Shown: piece after piece, positions 27,417-39,538 of the stretch
How the letters are laid out: every line of letters begins with the position of its first letter
How positions within the stretch are numbered: position 1 is the stretch's first letter
Virus record (IMG/VR): IMGVR_UViG_3300029305_003293
Location: 1 to 54,160 of that record
Reading direction: 5' to 3' (one strand)
DNA: 54,160 bases
Source of the DNA: a virus
Lineage: Duplodnaviria > Heunggongvirae > Uroviricota > Caudoviricetes
Translations under genes and position numbers: made by a program
Notes under the pieces: generated by a model
Databases searched by the model: none
Seen by the model: the letters and a program-made list of their open reading frames with translations, nothing else
Told to the model about the DNA's origin: nothing

Positions 27417-30400
27417 GTGAGTTCAGCACCGTTGAATATTTATCGTGGATCTTTGGCATCTATTAAAGAAAAAATGCCTAATATTGTTGATGGCTCTTTA
27501 TACTTTGCAGTTGATACAAAGTAGATTTATTTAGACTATGCGGCAGACAATGATATTTATGAAGGTCCAGAACGTATTAAATTCGGTGGCTCTACCGGTA
27601 TTTGGTATGGTTTAAAAACTGACGCTGGCGAAGAAGGTAAAGTTGTATTTAGATTACAAGAGTTAGAAGATACAACTGAATATCCTTCTCCAAAAGACTT
27701 AATTCTTAATACTGATGGCTCTTTTTTCAAAGTTGATGAAGTTGATGCTGAATTAAATGAGATTATCGCTACACGCTTGACTGTCTCTGGTGTAGGTGGC
27801 GGTGGTGGCGGACCAGGAGCTTCAGGTTCTTCCTATATCGACTATAAACGTGTCGGTATTAAAAATCGCTATTTCTCTGTACAAGATGACAGAATGTTAT
27901 TAACTCTTTAGGCATATAGCACCGCGGGAGAAGATACTGAAATGGGTGCTACAATTTATTTAATTGATGCTGGTGGAGTATAGCATGAAATTGGTACAGT
28001 TAATAATATAGGACAAAGCTGGGGCGATCAAGAGCCAATCTCAATTGACATTAAAGCTTTTTTGACCGCTTATGGATATGTTCAAAATACTGGATATAAT
28101 ATTGAAATTTCTTTATTTGACGACGTTGGAAATGTTTCTTTAAAAACAATTCCTTATACTGTTACTATTTTTGATATGCAAGTTAAAGCGCAAATTTCAA
28201 ACGTAGGAACTCAAAAAGGCGGTTTTACTTATCGTTGTATCCCAGTATTCTACACAGAATTAGAAAATGTACAACTTTTTTATCGAGTTGTAAATATTGC
28301 TTATGGCCAAGTCGTATAGACAAACTATCCAGAAGAAGGAATTAAATTAGCAAAAGCAGATAATAATAATACTCAATTAATTGATATCTTGGGCGATATT
28401 CCTGTTGGAGCTTATAAGATTCAATCTTGGGTTAGTGCGACGATCCCAGGTACAAACGGATTAACCGTTGTTGAGAGCAACCCTCTTGAACAGACTTTCA
28501 TTCGTCAATCTGCCGATTCTAGTGACCCAATTCTTTCTATTAATTTCCCAATTGAAACTTTTTAGCAATATAATATTATTCAAATTCCTTATTTTATTGC
28601 TTATGGTAATTCAACTATTAGCGTTAAAAGAATTATTGAATACACTAATCCAGATGGAATTACATCAACTACCTCAGAAAATTTAACTCAAGCTACAGAG
28701 ACTGAACACATTTGGTCTTATCGCTTTATGGAAATGGGTTCATATAAATTTACCGTATAGATCGGTGCAAATACAATGAATGCATCTACTTCTGATTTGT
28801 ATCATATTGAAAAATCAGCTTCTGTAATGCCTGAAGTCACTGCGGCGGGTCTATTATTGAATCTTAAAGCAAATAAAGATAATGATGCAGTTGATCGTGA
28901 TTCTTGGACTTCGGTTACTTCTTCATAGATTGTAAAGAGTTCTTTGAGTGGTTTTAACTGGATCTCAAATGGTTGGAGAACCATTGATGGCGAGACTAGT
29001 TTGTATTTAAATAATGGAGCCAAGGTTGTAGTTCCATATTCTCCTTTTGCCTCTGCGGCAGAACAATTTGGTACTACTATTGAATTTGACGTAAAAATTT
29101 CTAATATTAGAGATCGTCATGCAGAATTAATTAAATGTGTTTCAAGAGATTCAGATGGAACTCTTCATGTAGGAACAATTATTAATGGTGACTATTTTAC
29201 ATTAAATAGTAGCTCTTAGAAACCAATTGAAGATTATAATGAATTAGGATATATTAACTTAAGTCGTGCGGGTATGACTGCAACTTACGTACCTGGAAAA
29301 CGTGTTCGTATTAGCTTTGTTATTACTCCTGATGGATATAGCCCATATTCTGGTATGGCTTCCAATATGATTTGTACTTATGTTAATGGTGTTTTATCTG
29401 GATTCGTTGCTTATGGCGAAGATACTTTCTTGAATTCACCTTCATAGGATATGAATTCTGGTAAATTTATTTTTGATTCTACCTATGCAGATATTGATAT
29501 TTATAACTTACGCGTATATCAATCTGCTTTAACAGATTAGGCAATTTTAGGAAATTATCTTGCTTCTATTGCTGATTTTGATGAAGCGGCAACAAGATGG
29601 GCCGATAATAAAGAATTGCTTGATGATGATGGAGAAATTAGTCTTACTAAAGTAATTGCGCAAAAGAATATTCCATATTTATTAATGCGCGGTGGTATCA
29701 CTGTTGATGGTAAAAAAGGCAAGAACTTTATTACCCCTATCACAACAGGATTGCCAACTAGCAAAAAAGATTATAAACTTGTTGACGTATGCTATATTGA
29801 TCCAGACCACCCAGAAAATAATATCGGTGGATTAGATTCTGCTAATCGTAAAGAATGGGTTATTTATGCACAGGGAACTTCCTCTATGGAATATCCTATC
29901 AAGAATTTACGTTCAATTTATTCTCGTGAAAATCGCGGAGAAACTTATAAATTATTTGAAGATCTTCCAGCAGTTGATTTATTCTGCTTTAAAGCTGACT
30001 ATATGGAATCTTCTAGCGCGCATAATACGGGTCTTGGTAATATGCTCAATGAACTTTATGGTAATATTAAGCCACCTTCTCGTTTAATTGAAGATACTGA
30101 TGAAAATGGTAATAAATATGACTATGTAACTGCCATTAAAGGACGTCCTTGTGTAATTTTCTTCAAAGAAACTTCAACAGATCCAAAAGAATTACGTAAA
30201 ACTGCGGATAATTTCCAGGGTTATAAATATATTGGACGTTATAATTTTAACTTAGATAAATCAACTCATGAACCTTTTGGATTTTACAGTGATTATGATA
30301 AACATTATGGCGTCGCAGTAATGAATCCACCAGCTCTTGGTCCAAATTATGCTGATAATTTACAAGATGTTAGTCCTATTGATAATCTTTATCATGCCAC

Positions 30401-33400
30401 TATTGATGAAAATCCTGAGGAAGGAAAAGACTATTATAAAGATCCCGAGGGAAAAGTCAAATGGACTTGGGAAGAAATTGCTGAATGGGATGCAGAAGAA
30501 GGCGAATTTGTCTGGAAATGTAAATCTCCTGCTTATGAATATCGCGGAACAGAAGGTACTAATTCAATTTAGGTTTGGGAATGTTTGGATAACAATAAGC
30601 CATTAACTCACTTCACTTAGCATTGGTATGAGGAAGATGATCCAGAAAATGCTTTATGGGTAGAAAATTTTGAATCTCGTTATCCAGAGTATGAAGTACA
30701 AGAAATGTCTGACAAACGTGACTTACAGCGTTTGGTTAATTGGATTGCAGATACAAACTGCATGTATACGACTTCACATGAAGAGACTACAATAAATGAA
30801 AAAGGTGAAGAAGTTACTTCTACTGTTACCGAATATTTCTTGCATTCTCATGAACCATCTTATGAGGATATTATTAATGAGAATATACCAGAAGACTTAA
30901 CTCCATTGGTACCAGCTATTGCAGGAAGCAAGTTACCAGCAATTGAAAGTTATTCTGAATCAACTGGAATTTATACTTATAAAGGTATTGATGGTTATTT
31001 ATATGATTCTTATGAGTATCGTTTATACAAATTCAGAAAAGAATTTGATGATTACTTTGAATCAGACTTAACAATGGTTTATTATATAATTTCAGAATTC
31101 TTGCTTATGACAGATAGCCGCGCAAAGAATATGATGCTCTGTACCTTTACCGCACGTTGTACTGACAGAAATGGTGCAAGCAAAACAAAATGGTTCCCAA
31201 TCTTTTATGATATGGATACTGGTCTTGCTGTTAATAACATGGGTTAGTTGAAATTTACATATAAAGATGAAGACTGGTATGAAGATATTTTTAATGCCGA
31301 AGCCGGATATGTGAATCAAAAGGGTACTATTAATAAGAGTTATAGTGCTTTATGGTCTAATATTCAACTTACTATGTATGATAGATTAAAGGCAGTTTAT
31401 ACAACATTGAGAAATGGTGCTTTTAATTTTGAATATCTGTTAAATGGTTATAATAAAAATCAAGCTGAAAAATGGAATGAAACATATATTAATAAAGACG
31501 CTTATTTAAAATATGTTGAACCATATGTAAATCCGACTTCTTGGAAAGTTATGATTGATGCTTGCCAAGGAACTCGTTCTTTACATAGAGAGCAATTCCT
31601 TGAAAGACGTTTCTTATATATGGATAGTAAATATGCTTATATTAAGGGCGGCATGGGCTTGTCTTTACGTGTTAACGACTTGTAGAAAAATCCAGGTGAT
31701 ATCTTTAATTTTGATATTACAACAAATGATGCTATGTATTTAGTATCTCAATTTGGTAATGAGCAGCCTGTTCGTAGTGATAATGTGATTGGAGAAAATA
31801 CTACTGTTAATATTAGCACTCGCGCACCAAGCGGTGGCCAAGTTGGTGAGCAACCATATTATTTATATTTAATTAATAATATAAGAAGTTTTGGCGATAT
31901 GTCTGATATGGGTATTCAAACATTTGACCCATTCCAAACTGCGCCTGTTGTTCCTAGCGATCCAAGCGTTGTTTATGATAATAATTTGAAGTTAGAAAAT
32001 TTAGTATTAAGTACAAATGAGCCGGGTTATGAGTATGAATTAAAACTCAATAACCGCATGGCGGCATTGAATATTGTCAAGTATTTCCCAATGCTAAAAG
32101 ATTTAAATGTTGGCTATTGGAATAACTTAGGTACTCTTGATTTAAGATATAACAAAAACTTATAGACGCTTGAAGCATTTGGTACTAAATTAAGTTCTTG
32201 CCAATTCCCAGAAGGCGGAGTTTTAGAACATTTACAGTTACCTGCTACTTTAAATAGAATTGCTTTAACTGGTCATTATAATCTTAATACTATTGAGTAT
32301 AAAGATTATGCTTCAAATTATGAAAATAATTAGGTAAATATTGATATTACGACAAATAGAGATAATGCTTGGGATAAATTAATTGGTTTGTCTATTGAGC
32401 AATGTCCTCAATTAGACACAAAAGCTATCTTCAAAGCAATGAAAGAAGATAACTTATAGATCTATTTCCCAGACTTAGATTGGACTATTGAAGCTAATGA
32501 ATTAACTGTAGAAGATAATGTAATTCAAAGTATTGATATCTTAGATAAGTTATTAAGACAATCTGGTTATAATGGTGAGTTAAGAGATTAGCCAGTATTA
32601 GATGCGGATGGCCAAGAGACTTATGATGATAATGGCAATAAAATTACTGTACCTGCGACAAATAGAAGTTATGTTGGAGGACATATTTTAATTAAAAACA
32701 AGGGAACAAATATTGGTATTGATGAAGCTTTGATTTATACCAAATATACTAAGTATTATCCATTACTTGTTATTGAAGTTGAAGAATGGAACGATAACTG
32801 TGTTCGCGCTTATAGTTTAAATACTCATGATGCGAATGGTGAGTTAATGGTTGGTAACAGTCCTAAATTTACTTCTGAAAATGTAAATAGTGAATTTACA
32901 TTAGAGAAAGTATTTGGAACCGCCGGTAATCCAATTATCGCGCCTATTGAAAAATCTCCAACTAATGAGTATGTTTTCGAGTTCAGAGGATGGAATACTG
33001 AAGGCGTTTTAACTTTTACTGAAAGAGATTATAAAACTGCTGACAATACTATCCAAGAGTCTGTTCAACTTGCTGAAAATGCTTGCGCAGAAAAATTAAT
33101 TATTGCTTGGGAAGGTAATGAATATGTTGCCGCAAATGGATTTGATTTTAGTAAAGTCTTTGATGAAAATAATCAAGAATTAAATATTTATCCTACTTTT
33201 GTTGCTACTGTAAGAACTTGGACTGCAACATTTATTGACGGTTTAGGCAATACTATTAGTACTCAAGCAGTTCGTTATGGTGAAAAAGCAGAAATTCCAA
33301 CTATGGTGCCTATTAAATTAGAATTAGATCCTAATTTAAAAGATAAAGCTTATGTATATCCTTTCTTGCGCTTTGGTTCAGCATCAGAAACATTTATCGT

Positions 33401-34475
33401 AGTAAATGATAAAACTTATGAAGCGGTATATGCCACAAGTAAAGTTGATATCCATAATGCCGAGGTTTTACCTTCTGCTGATTATTTTGATTTCAATACT
33501 AGCACTGGAACATTAACTTTATCTAATCGTTATTTCGCCGAGGCAATTTGCTTCCCAAAAATGTACAATGGCGAAATAGTGAAAAAAGTTCAAATCGCAT
33601 CTGGCTTAAAGATGAAGCGTATTTATTTCGAATTATAGAATGAAATTCTTGAAATCGGCGAAAGAATATAGACTGAAAATACTGATTTAGAATTTGTTGA
33701 ATTTAGTAAATTGGGAGCACTGGAAAAAATAGGTTCTTACGCTTTTGACGGCTGCGTTAATTTGACGATTGACGTATTGCCTTCTGTGGAATGGGTTGAT
33801 TCATTTGCTTTCAGAAAATGTACCTCTTTACAAATTCCTAGTTTCCCACAGAATTTAACTCAAATTAGTATGAATGCTTTCCATAGTACAACAGGAATGG
33901 GGGCGGTAGTTTTTAATTGTCCTCTCTTGGAAAAAATTGATACAAACTGTTTCCAATATTCTACTTTAACAGTTGTTGGAGAAAGCTTGCCTGACAGTGT
34001 AACTGAAGTTGGTGCTAATGCATTCGCTTATTGTCCTAATTTAGTAATGAATTTCAATAATGGCTCTGGTGCGGCAGGATTAAAAACTATCAATAATGCG
34101 GCGTTCGGTTATGATCCGCAAGTAAACTTAGCGAATTTACCTGCTAATGTTGAAACTATTGCATCTAATGCTTTCCGTGCTACAGCATAGGCAGCCGGTG
34201 GTGGCGTAGTAGAATATATAGGAGTTAGTATGTTCCCAGCTTCTGTTACTACTATTGGTGAGAATGCTTTCCGTTATAAGACTTCTCTTACTGGCGTATT
34301 GAATTTAAGTCAATGTACTAATTTGGAAGATTGGAATAATAACAAAGGTATTAACGCAAAAGCATTCGAAAAAGTCTTAAATCTTTCTACTATTATCGTT
34401 CCTAAAAATAGAAAATTCACTATTCCTGAAGATCGTTGGGGAGCGGGAATAGAAGTTGCTATTGAGGAGGCATAA
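27417..34475 (+). CDS. Giant multidomain virion protein (2352 aa): LamG-like, CotH-kinase-like, LRR and BspA-type LRR regions (TAG=Gln)
   Basis: GTG after GGAGGAG; nine ORF-track fragments are in one frame to TAA 34473-34475. CotH-like motifs: AQGTSSMEYPIKN, FKADYMESSSAHN, GRYNFNLDK, DSRAKN, WFPIFYDMD. BspA-like repeats include KIGSYAFDGCVNL and EVGANAFAYCPNL. Confidence 0.75.
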
Positions 34476-34476
34476 T

Positions 34477-34686
34477 ATGAAAAAGATTGCCTTATACACT
34501 ACTTATATTGAGGGGATTAAGAGAATTTCTCTTAATCCCCCAGAATCTTTAACTGAATGCAGTATAGAATATTAGTTAATTCCTGAAATTGGGAAAGTCC
34601 TTAAAAATACTAAAACTGGTGAACAGTCTCGTGGTCTAATTATCCCCCACTGGAAGGAAAAACAATGGATTGAAGAGGACATTTGA
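34477..34686 (+). CDS. Small hypothetical protein (69 aa, one TAG; missing from ORF track)
   Basis: ATG after GAGGAGG, ends TGA; reads MKKIALYTTYIEG...YQLIPEIGKVLKN. Confidence 0.65.
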
Positions 34687-34726
34687 AGTTAATTTATTTA
34701 AAATAAATATTATGAATAATAGATAG

Positions 34727-34762
34727 TTTGGGAAGGCTACAATAGCCTTCCCAAATATTTTT
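34727..34762 (+). terminator. Rho-independent terminator
   Basis: 13-bp stem TTTGGGAAGGCTA/TAGCCTTCCCAAA followed by TATTTTT. Confidence 0.75.
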
Positions 34763-34775
34763 AGGAGGTTGTAAT

Positions 34776-35249
34776 ATGGCGGCGCCTAATTTTATTATGG
34801 GTGGTAATAGTCAATTACGTGCAACCAACTTTCTTCCAGACTCATAGTATGATATTGGTGAATTAAATTTTTATGTCTCGTCTAATACACCTTCAACTCA
34901 TCAAGTTTTTTTAATTTTAATAGATTAGAAAAAAATGGTGGAAATAATTGAGTTGCAAAAAGTTGGTACGTAGGGGAATAATATTCTATATAAAGTGCCA
35001 CTTAATCAAACATTAAGAATTAAAGATGGACAGGTCTTAGTGTCAATTATGATTCTTGATGGTAAAAATGGAACTTATGATATAAGTTCTAAATATGCTG
35101 TTAATATTACTATTAAGTAGTATGAGCTTGCTCGTCAAATTTATATTGCTTAGTAGATTAACACATAGACACAAGCTGCATATGCTAAAATTTTAGCTAT
35201 GACAGAGGAAAATCGTAAAATATACGATGAAATAAAGGAAAGGGGATAA
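34776..35249 (+). CDS. Hypothetical protein (157 aa, several TAG; missing from ORF track)
   Basis: AGGAGG RBS; frame open to TAA 35247-35249 under code 15. Confidence 0.75.
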
Positions 35250-35253
35250 TTTA

Positions 35254-36873
35254 ATGAAAGTTCTTTTTAATAATGAAACTGCTGAATTATACAGACCTTT
35301 ATTTACCGCGGCAATGGAAGTTTTAAATAAGGATAAGCCCGAAGAAGAATGGATTACTATTGAAGACCTTCCAACTTACTATTCTCATCTTGACACTTTG
35401 AAAACTCAAGGTCAAGCAAGATTTGTTCGTGTGCCAGTGGTAGAACAAGAAGGTTATTTCGAAATTGATACTAATACTCGTGAAATTAAAGTTCCAGATG
35501 CTTTCAAAGAGAATGGTATTGCTGTCCAATTTGATCACACCGCAGAAATTATTTATTTCAACATGGATCGTTATTTTGATGACTTTGATCTTGCAGTATG
35601 TAACCCTGCTAACGCTCAAGAGGGTTATGTTGGTCGCTGCATGATTCAATGGCAAACCGCAAATGGATTTGGATATGATAAAGCCTATATGTTTGACGAA
35701 GGTTCTGATGTTGAAGAAGATGGTGTTTATGCCTATAACCGTATTACTTTTGGTTGGCCTCTTCATGATGAAATTACTCGTTCAAGCGGTTCTTTAAAAT
35801 TCTCTGTAATTCTTGAAGTTGTTGAAAACGATGTAGAACTTAATTCTAAAGTTCTTTACAGTTTCAATACCAAAGAAGCAGAATGTTTTATCCATCCAAA
35901 TTTGGTTCCAAGAGCTGAAGATTATAAGAAAGCTTTACCTGAAGATGTTTCTGCTTTAATGTCTTCTGCGCTTCGTCCTAGTTTTTCAGGTGTATTTAAC
36001 AGTACTCTTGGTCAAAAAGCCTACTTCCTTACTGATGGCGATTTACCACCTACCGCTAATTTGGTTGACGGTGCTTATATTCTTGAAGTTCAAGCAAGAG
36101 GAACCGGAGATCAGGAACTTCTTTATAAATGGTATCGTATCAATGAAAATGATGAAATTACTGAATTAACTGGAAGTGTAGAGAGTTCTTATATTGCAGA
36201 TACCGCCGGTCGTTATTATGTAATGGTTGGTAATCAGAATAAAGACCGTGTTCGTTGGACCCAATCTCAGATTTGCGATATTCCTGGCGCAAGTGAATTG
36301 TATTATATTGTTAACACTTCTGATAAGGCTTATGCCGATGGGACAATTCTTTCTGTTGAAGTTGGTGGAATGAATAAGAAGGGCGAATTACTTAATAATA
36401 TTGTCGGAGAAGTTTCTTATCAATGGTATAAGAGAGATTGGGATGGAGAAGTTTCTGCTCTTGAAGGCGAGACTACTGCTTATCATACTCTCGATGCAAA
36501 AGATGGCCCTGGAACTTATTGGGTAGAAGCTGTTGCTCATAATAACAATGACTCTTCTGAGATTAAAAAGAGTTTTGAAACCGAGGTTAAATTACCTGCT
36601 CATAGCCCAACTAGCGTAACTGTTGAGTGGGATGTTACTAATAAGAAGTTAATTGCTCATCCAGTTATTGATTATAACAATGATTTGGTTTATGTTTGGG
36701 AACAAATTGGTTCAAGTCAGGCTTATGTAGTAAAAGATTTTAACGAATTTATTCCACCGGTAAGTGGTTCTTATTATGTTCGAGTATATCAAAATACATG
36801 GCCAGGACATCCAATGGAGCAGACCTCCGAAAGCTTGCCAGCTATTTCTGGTGCTGTCGCAGTAACTCTTTAA
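35254..36873 (+). CDS. Upper-baseplate-like protein with Ig-like domains (539 aa)
   Basis: Intact ORF with no TAG. The N-terminal EIDTNTREIKVP...YFNMDRYFDDFDL is paralogous to the next gene; repeated Y-x-WY Ig-like motifs. Confidence 0.7.
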   Translation: MKVLFNNETAELYRPLFTAAMEVLNKDKPEEEWITIEDLPTYYSHLDTLKTQGQARFVRVPVVEQEGYFEIDTNTREIKVPDAFKENGIAVQFDHTAEIIYFNMDRYFDDFDLAVCNPANAQEGYVGRCMIQWQTANGFGYDKAYMFDEGSDVEEDGVYAYNRITFGWPLHDEITRSSGSLKFSVILEVVENDVELNSKVLYSFNTKEAECFIHPNLVPRAEDYKKALPEDVSALMSSALRPSFSGVFNSTLGQKAYFLTDGDLPPTANLVDGAYILEVQARGTGDQELLYKWYRINENDEITELTGSVESSYIADTAGRYYVMVGNQNKDRVRWTQSQICDIPGASELYYIVNTSDKAYADGTILSVEVGGMNKKGELLNNIVGEVSYQWYKRDWDGEVSALEGETTAYHTLDAKDGPGTYWVEAVAHNNNDSSEIKKSFETEVKLPAHSPTSVTVEWDVTNKKLIAHPVIDYNNDLVYVWEQIGSSQAYVVKDFNEFIPPVSGSYYVRVYQNTWPGHPMEQTSESLPAISGAVAVTL

Positions 36874-36900
36874 TAAAAATAATACACAGGAGGGAATGAG

Positions 36901-37530
36901 ATGTCTTTTATAATTGCAGAACATTATTATGATATTCTGAAAAATTTTACAATAGATTATACCCCGACTTGGGGATACATCCCTCTTGACGAAGATCGCA
37001 TAGTAGTTGATTTAGACACTCGTGAGATGTTTCTTCCGGACAGTCTTACAGATTTTATCGCAATGACCAACGATCATCGATCACAAACAGTTTATTTTGA
37101 AGTTGATAGATATTTTGAAGATGTCGATTTAGCTGGATTAACTTGTTGTGTTGAATATGTTACTCCTGAAGATAAAGAAAATAAAGTTGAAAGTAGATTT
37201 AGACTTTATCCAATTACTTTAAAGAGTATGATTAAGCAGGGAACAACTGAAAAATTATTACTTGCTTGGAATCTTGGATCAGAAGCGACTAGTCAAGCTG
37301 GTGTATTATCTTTTGCATTACATTTTTTTAAAGTTAATTTTGAAACTGAGAGTTTAGCATATAGTTTATATACTAAGCCCTGTTTTGGTAATATTTTAGA
37401 AGGTTTAGAAGCAATTACTTCTGATAAAGCGAAAGAGGAATCTTTAGCTTATTATGAAATTGAAGCAGAGCATTTTAAAATATTAACGGCTATGATTGAA
37501 TAGAAAAATGTATATTGGAATGATGTCTAA
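36901..37530 (+). CDS. BppU-like baseplate protein (209 aa)
   Basis: VDLDTREMFLP...YFEVDRYFEDVDL is paralogous to 35254. One TAG at 37501-37503, true stop TAA 37528-37530. Confidence 0.65.
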
Positions 37531-37568
37531 AATAGGATGGTCCGTCATGGACCATCCTATTTTTTTTA
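37531..37568 (+). terminator. Rho-independent terminator
   Basis: 13-bp stem AATAGGATGGTCC/GGACCATCCTATT followed by a long T-run. Confidence 0.85.
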
Positions 37569-37613
37569 TTTTTATTTATAATAGGAATAATAAAAGAAAG
37601 GAGCTGCTGAAGA

Positions 37614-38417
37614 TTGGCACTCTTTAAAATTTATAAGGGACCTGCTTCTAATCTTGGAAAAGCAGGTAATGTAACACAATATGCGCAAGAAGGTTTTGCA
37701 TATTTTACTTAGGATGATGGTAAATTTTATATTGATGTTGCTGGTGATGGAACCACTGAAGCAGTATTAGGAAATAATCGTTTACCATTAAACGCAGAAT
37801 AGGCAGATAAAGATTCTGCGGGTAATGTAATTAATGAAACTTATGTTACTATTGATTTAAATGATTCTGAACAAGGAAATCCTTCTGGCGTTAATGCAGA
37901 TACTCTAGGTGGAGTCTTAGCTTCTGATTATGCTTTAAAATCAGACTTAGACAATTTAACTGGATCAAATATAGATTTAAGTAATTATGTTACAAGAACT
38001 GAATTGGAAGAATATGTTCCAGATATTGATTTAACTGAATATTATACTAAAACCGAAACTGATGATAAATATGCTTTAAAATCAGATATTCAGTCTGGCG
38101 CAGTAAGATTAGATTTTACTGTTTCTTTACCAGCTTCGGGATGGAGTAATACTTCTCCTTATTCTCAATCAGTAACAGTTTCTGGCATTAGCGAAACTGA
38201 TTGGCCGCAAATGAGTCAAGATTTGTCTATGGCGACGGATGATACCGTTGATGATTTAGAAAAGAATTATGCTTATATTAAGTATGGTGAAGCAACCTTA
38301 GATACAATTACTTTTTATTGTTTAAAAGGTAAACCTACTGTTGATTTAACTTTGATTGGTCAAGTTCTCAGGGGGGGGGCTTCTAATTATGAAAGTGCGA
38401 TTGGAGTTGAATTTTAA
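37614..38417 (+). CDS. Accessory tail fibre protein (267 aa) with an in-frame G9 tract near its 3' end
   Basis: TTG start after AAGGAG; in frame with ORF 38004 through TAGs. Contains NADTLGGVLASDYALK and a C-terminal VSLPASGWS...PYSQ domain. Confidence 0.7.
38371..38379 (+). repeat. G9 homopolymer tract (in frame)
   Basis: Nine consecutive G directly in the sequence. Confidence 0.95.
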
Positions 38418-39523
38418 TGTATTTAGTTGAAAAAGAAGTTTTAACTTCTATTGCAGATAGAATTAGAAATAAAACAGGAAAAACTGATAAACTTACTTTC
38501 CCGGATGAATTTTTTGAAGAAATAAAAAATATTGAAACTAGTCCAGCGACGACATTGCCGGTATTGAATATGAATTATCCAGAAGATGTTATGGTAATGG
38601 AAGGTTTAAATGTTAATGCTAATTTTAATATTGTAATTACTGAGCCAGGAATACCAGCTATTTATACTTATTAGTAGTATTTTAATGGTCAAGCAGTGGA
38701 AGGCGCTAATAGTTCTAGTTTTTCTATTAATTAGGAAATTACAAAAGGAACATATAATGTATATTGTGAAATAACTAATGAAGCAGGGACGGTCACTAGT
38801 AGAATTAGTAATTTAATAGTAGAGAGTTATTTACCAGAATTTAGTTATTCTGGAACTTATAATTTAATTGAAGAAGGAAATTATAATTGGAAAATTAAAT
38901 TATTAACTAGTGGTGAGTTTATTTTTAGTAAACTTCATACTGATATAGAAGCTTTTCTTGTTGGAGGAGGCGGAAATGGCGGATATGATTGTGGTGGCGG
39001 TGGTGGAGGAGGAAAAACAGCTACTATAAATTATAATCCTAATATAAATGAAAGTTATACTATTACAATTGGAGGTTCTGGAGGCTCAACTTCCGCTTTT
39101 TCTACTACTGTTGCCGGTGGAAATGCTGGTGGTTCATGGAGTGCTGGACGAAAAGGGGGCACTGGCGGTTCCGGTGGCGGTGGAGGTTCAACTAATAATG
39201 GTGGAAAAGGTGGCTCTGATGGTGGTTCAGGAGGAAGCGGTTCTGGAAGCTACGGTTCTAGTGGAGGCGCAGGACAAGGAACAACTACTTATGAATTTGG
39301 AGATAGCTCATTAACTTTATATGCTGGTGGAGGCGGCGGTGGCGGAACTACTGGAGGTTCTGGCGGTGCTGGCGGCGGTGCAAAAGGCGGTTCTGGTACT
39401 GGAGTAAAAGGCTCTTCTGCTGTTGCAAATACAGGCGGCGGTGGCGGCGGAGGTAGTAATAAAAGTGGCCAAGGCGGAGCTGGTGGTTCTGGTATAGTAA
39501 TTATTCGTAATAAACGTTCTTAA
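38417..39523 (+). CDS. Ig-like plus glycine-rich-domain receptor-binding-type protein (368 aa)
   Basis: The frame continues past TAGTAG at 38672-38677 into FLVGGGGNGG...GGSGIVIIRN, the typical glycine-rich tail domain; TAA at 39521-39523. Confidence 0.8.
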
Positions 39524-39538
39524 TAAAAGGAGAAATAA

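Noticed and set aside
38950-39510. GGN-rich stretch as a non-coding repeat or G-quadruplex element
   Set aside because: Fully explained by the glycine-rich domain coding sequence.
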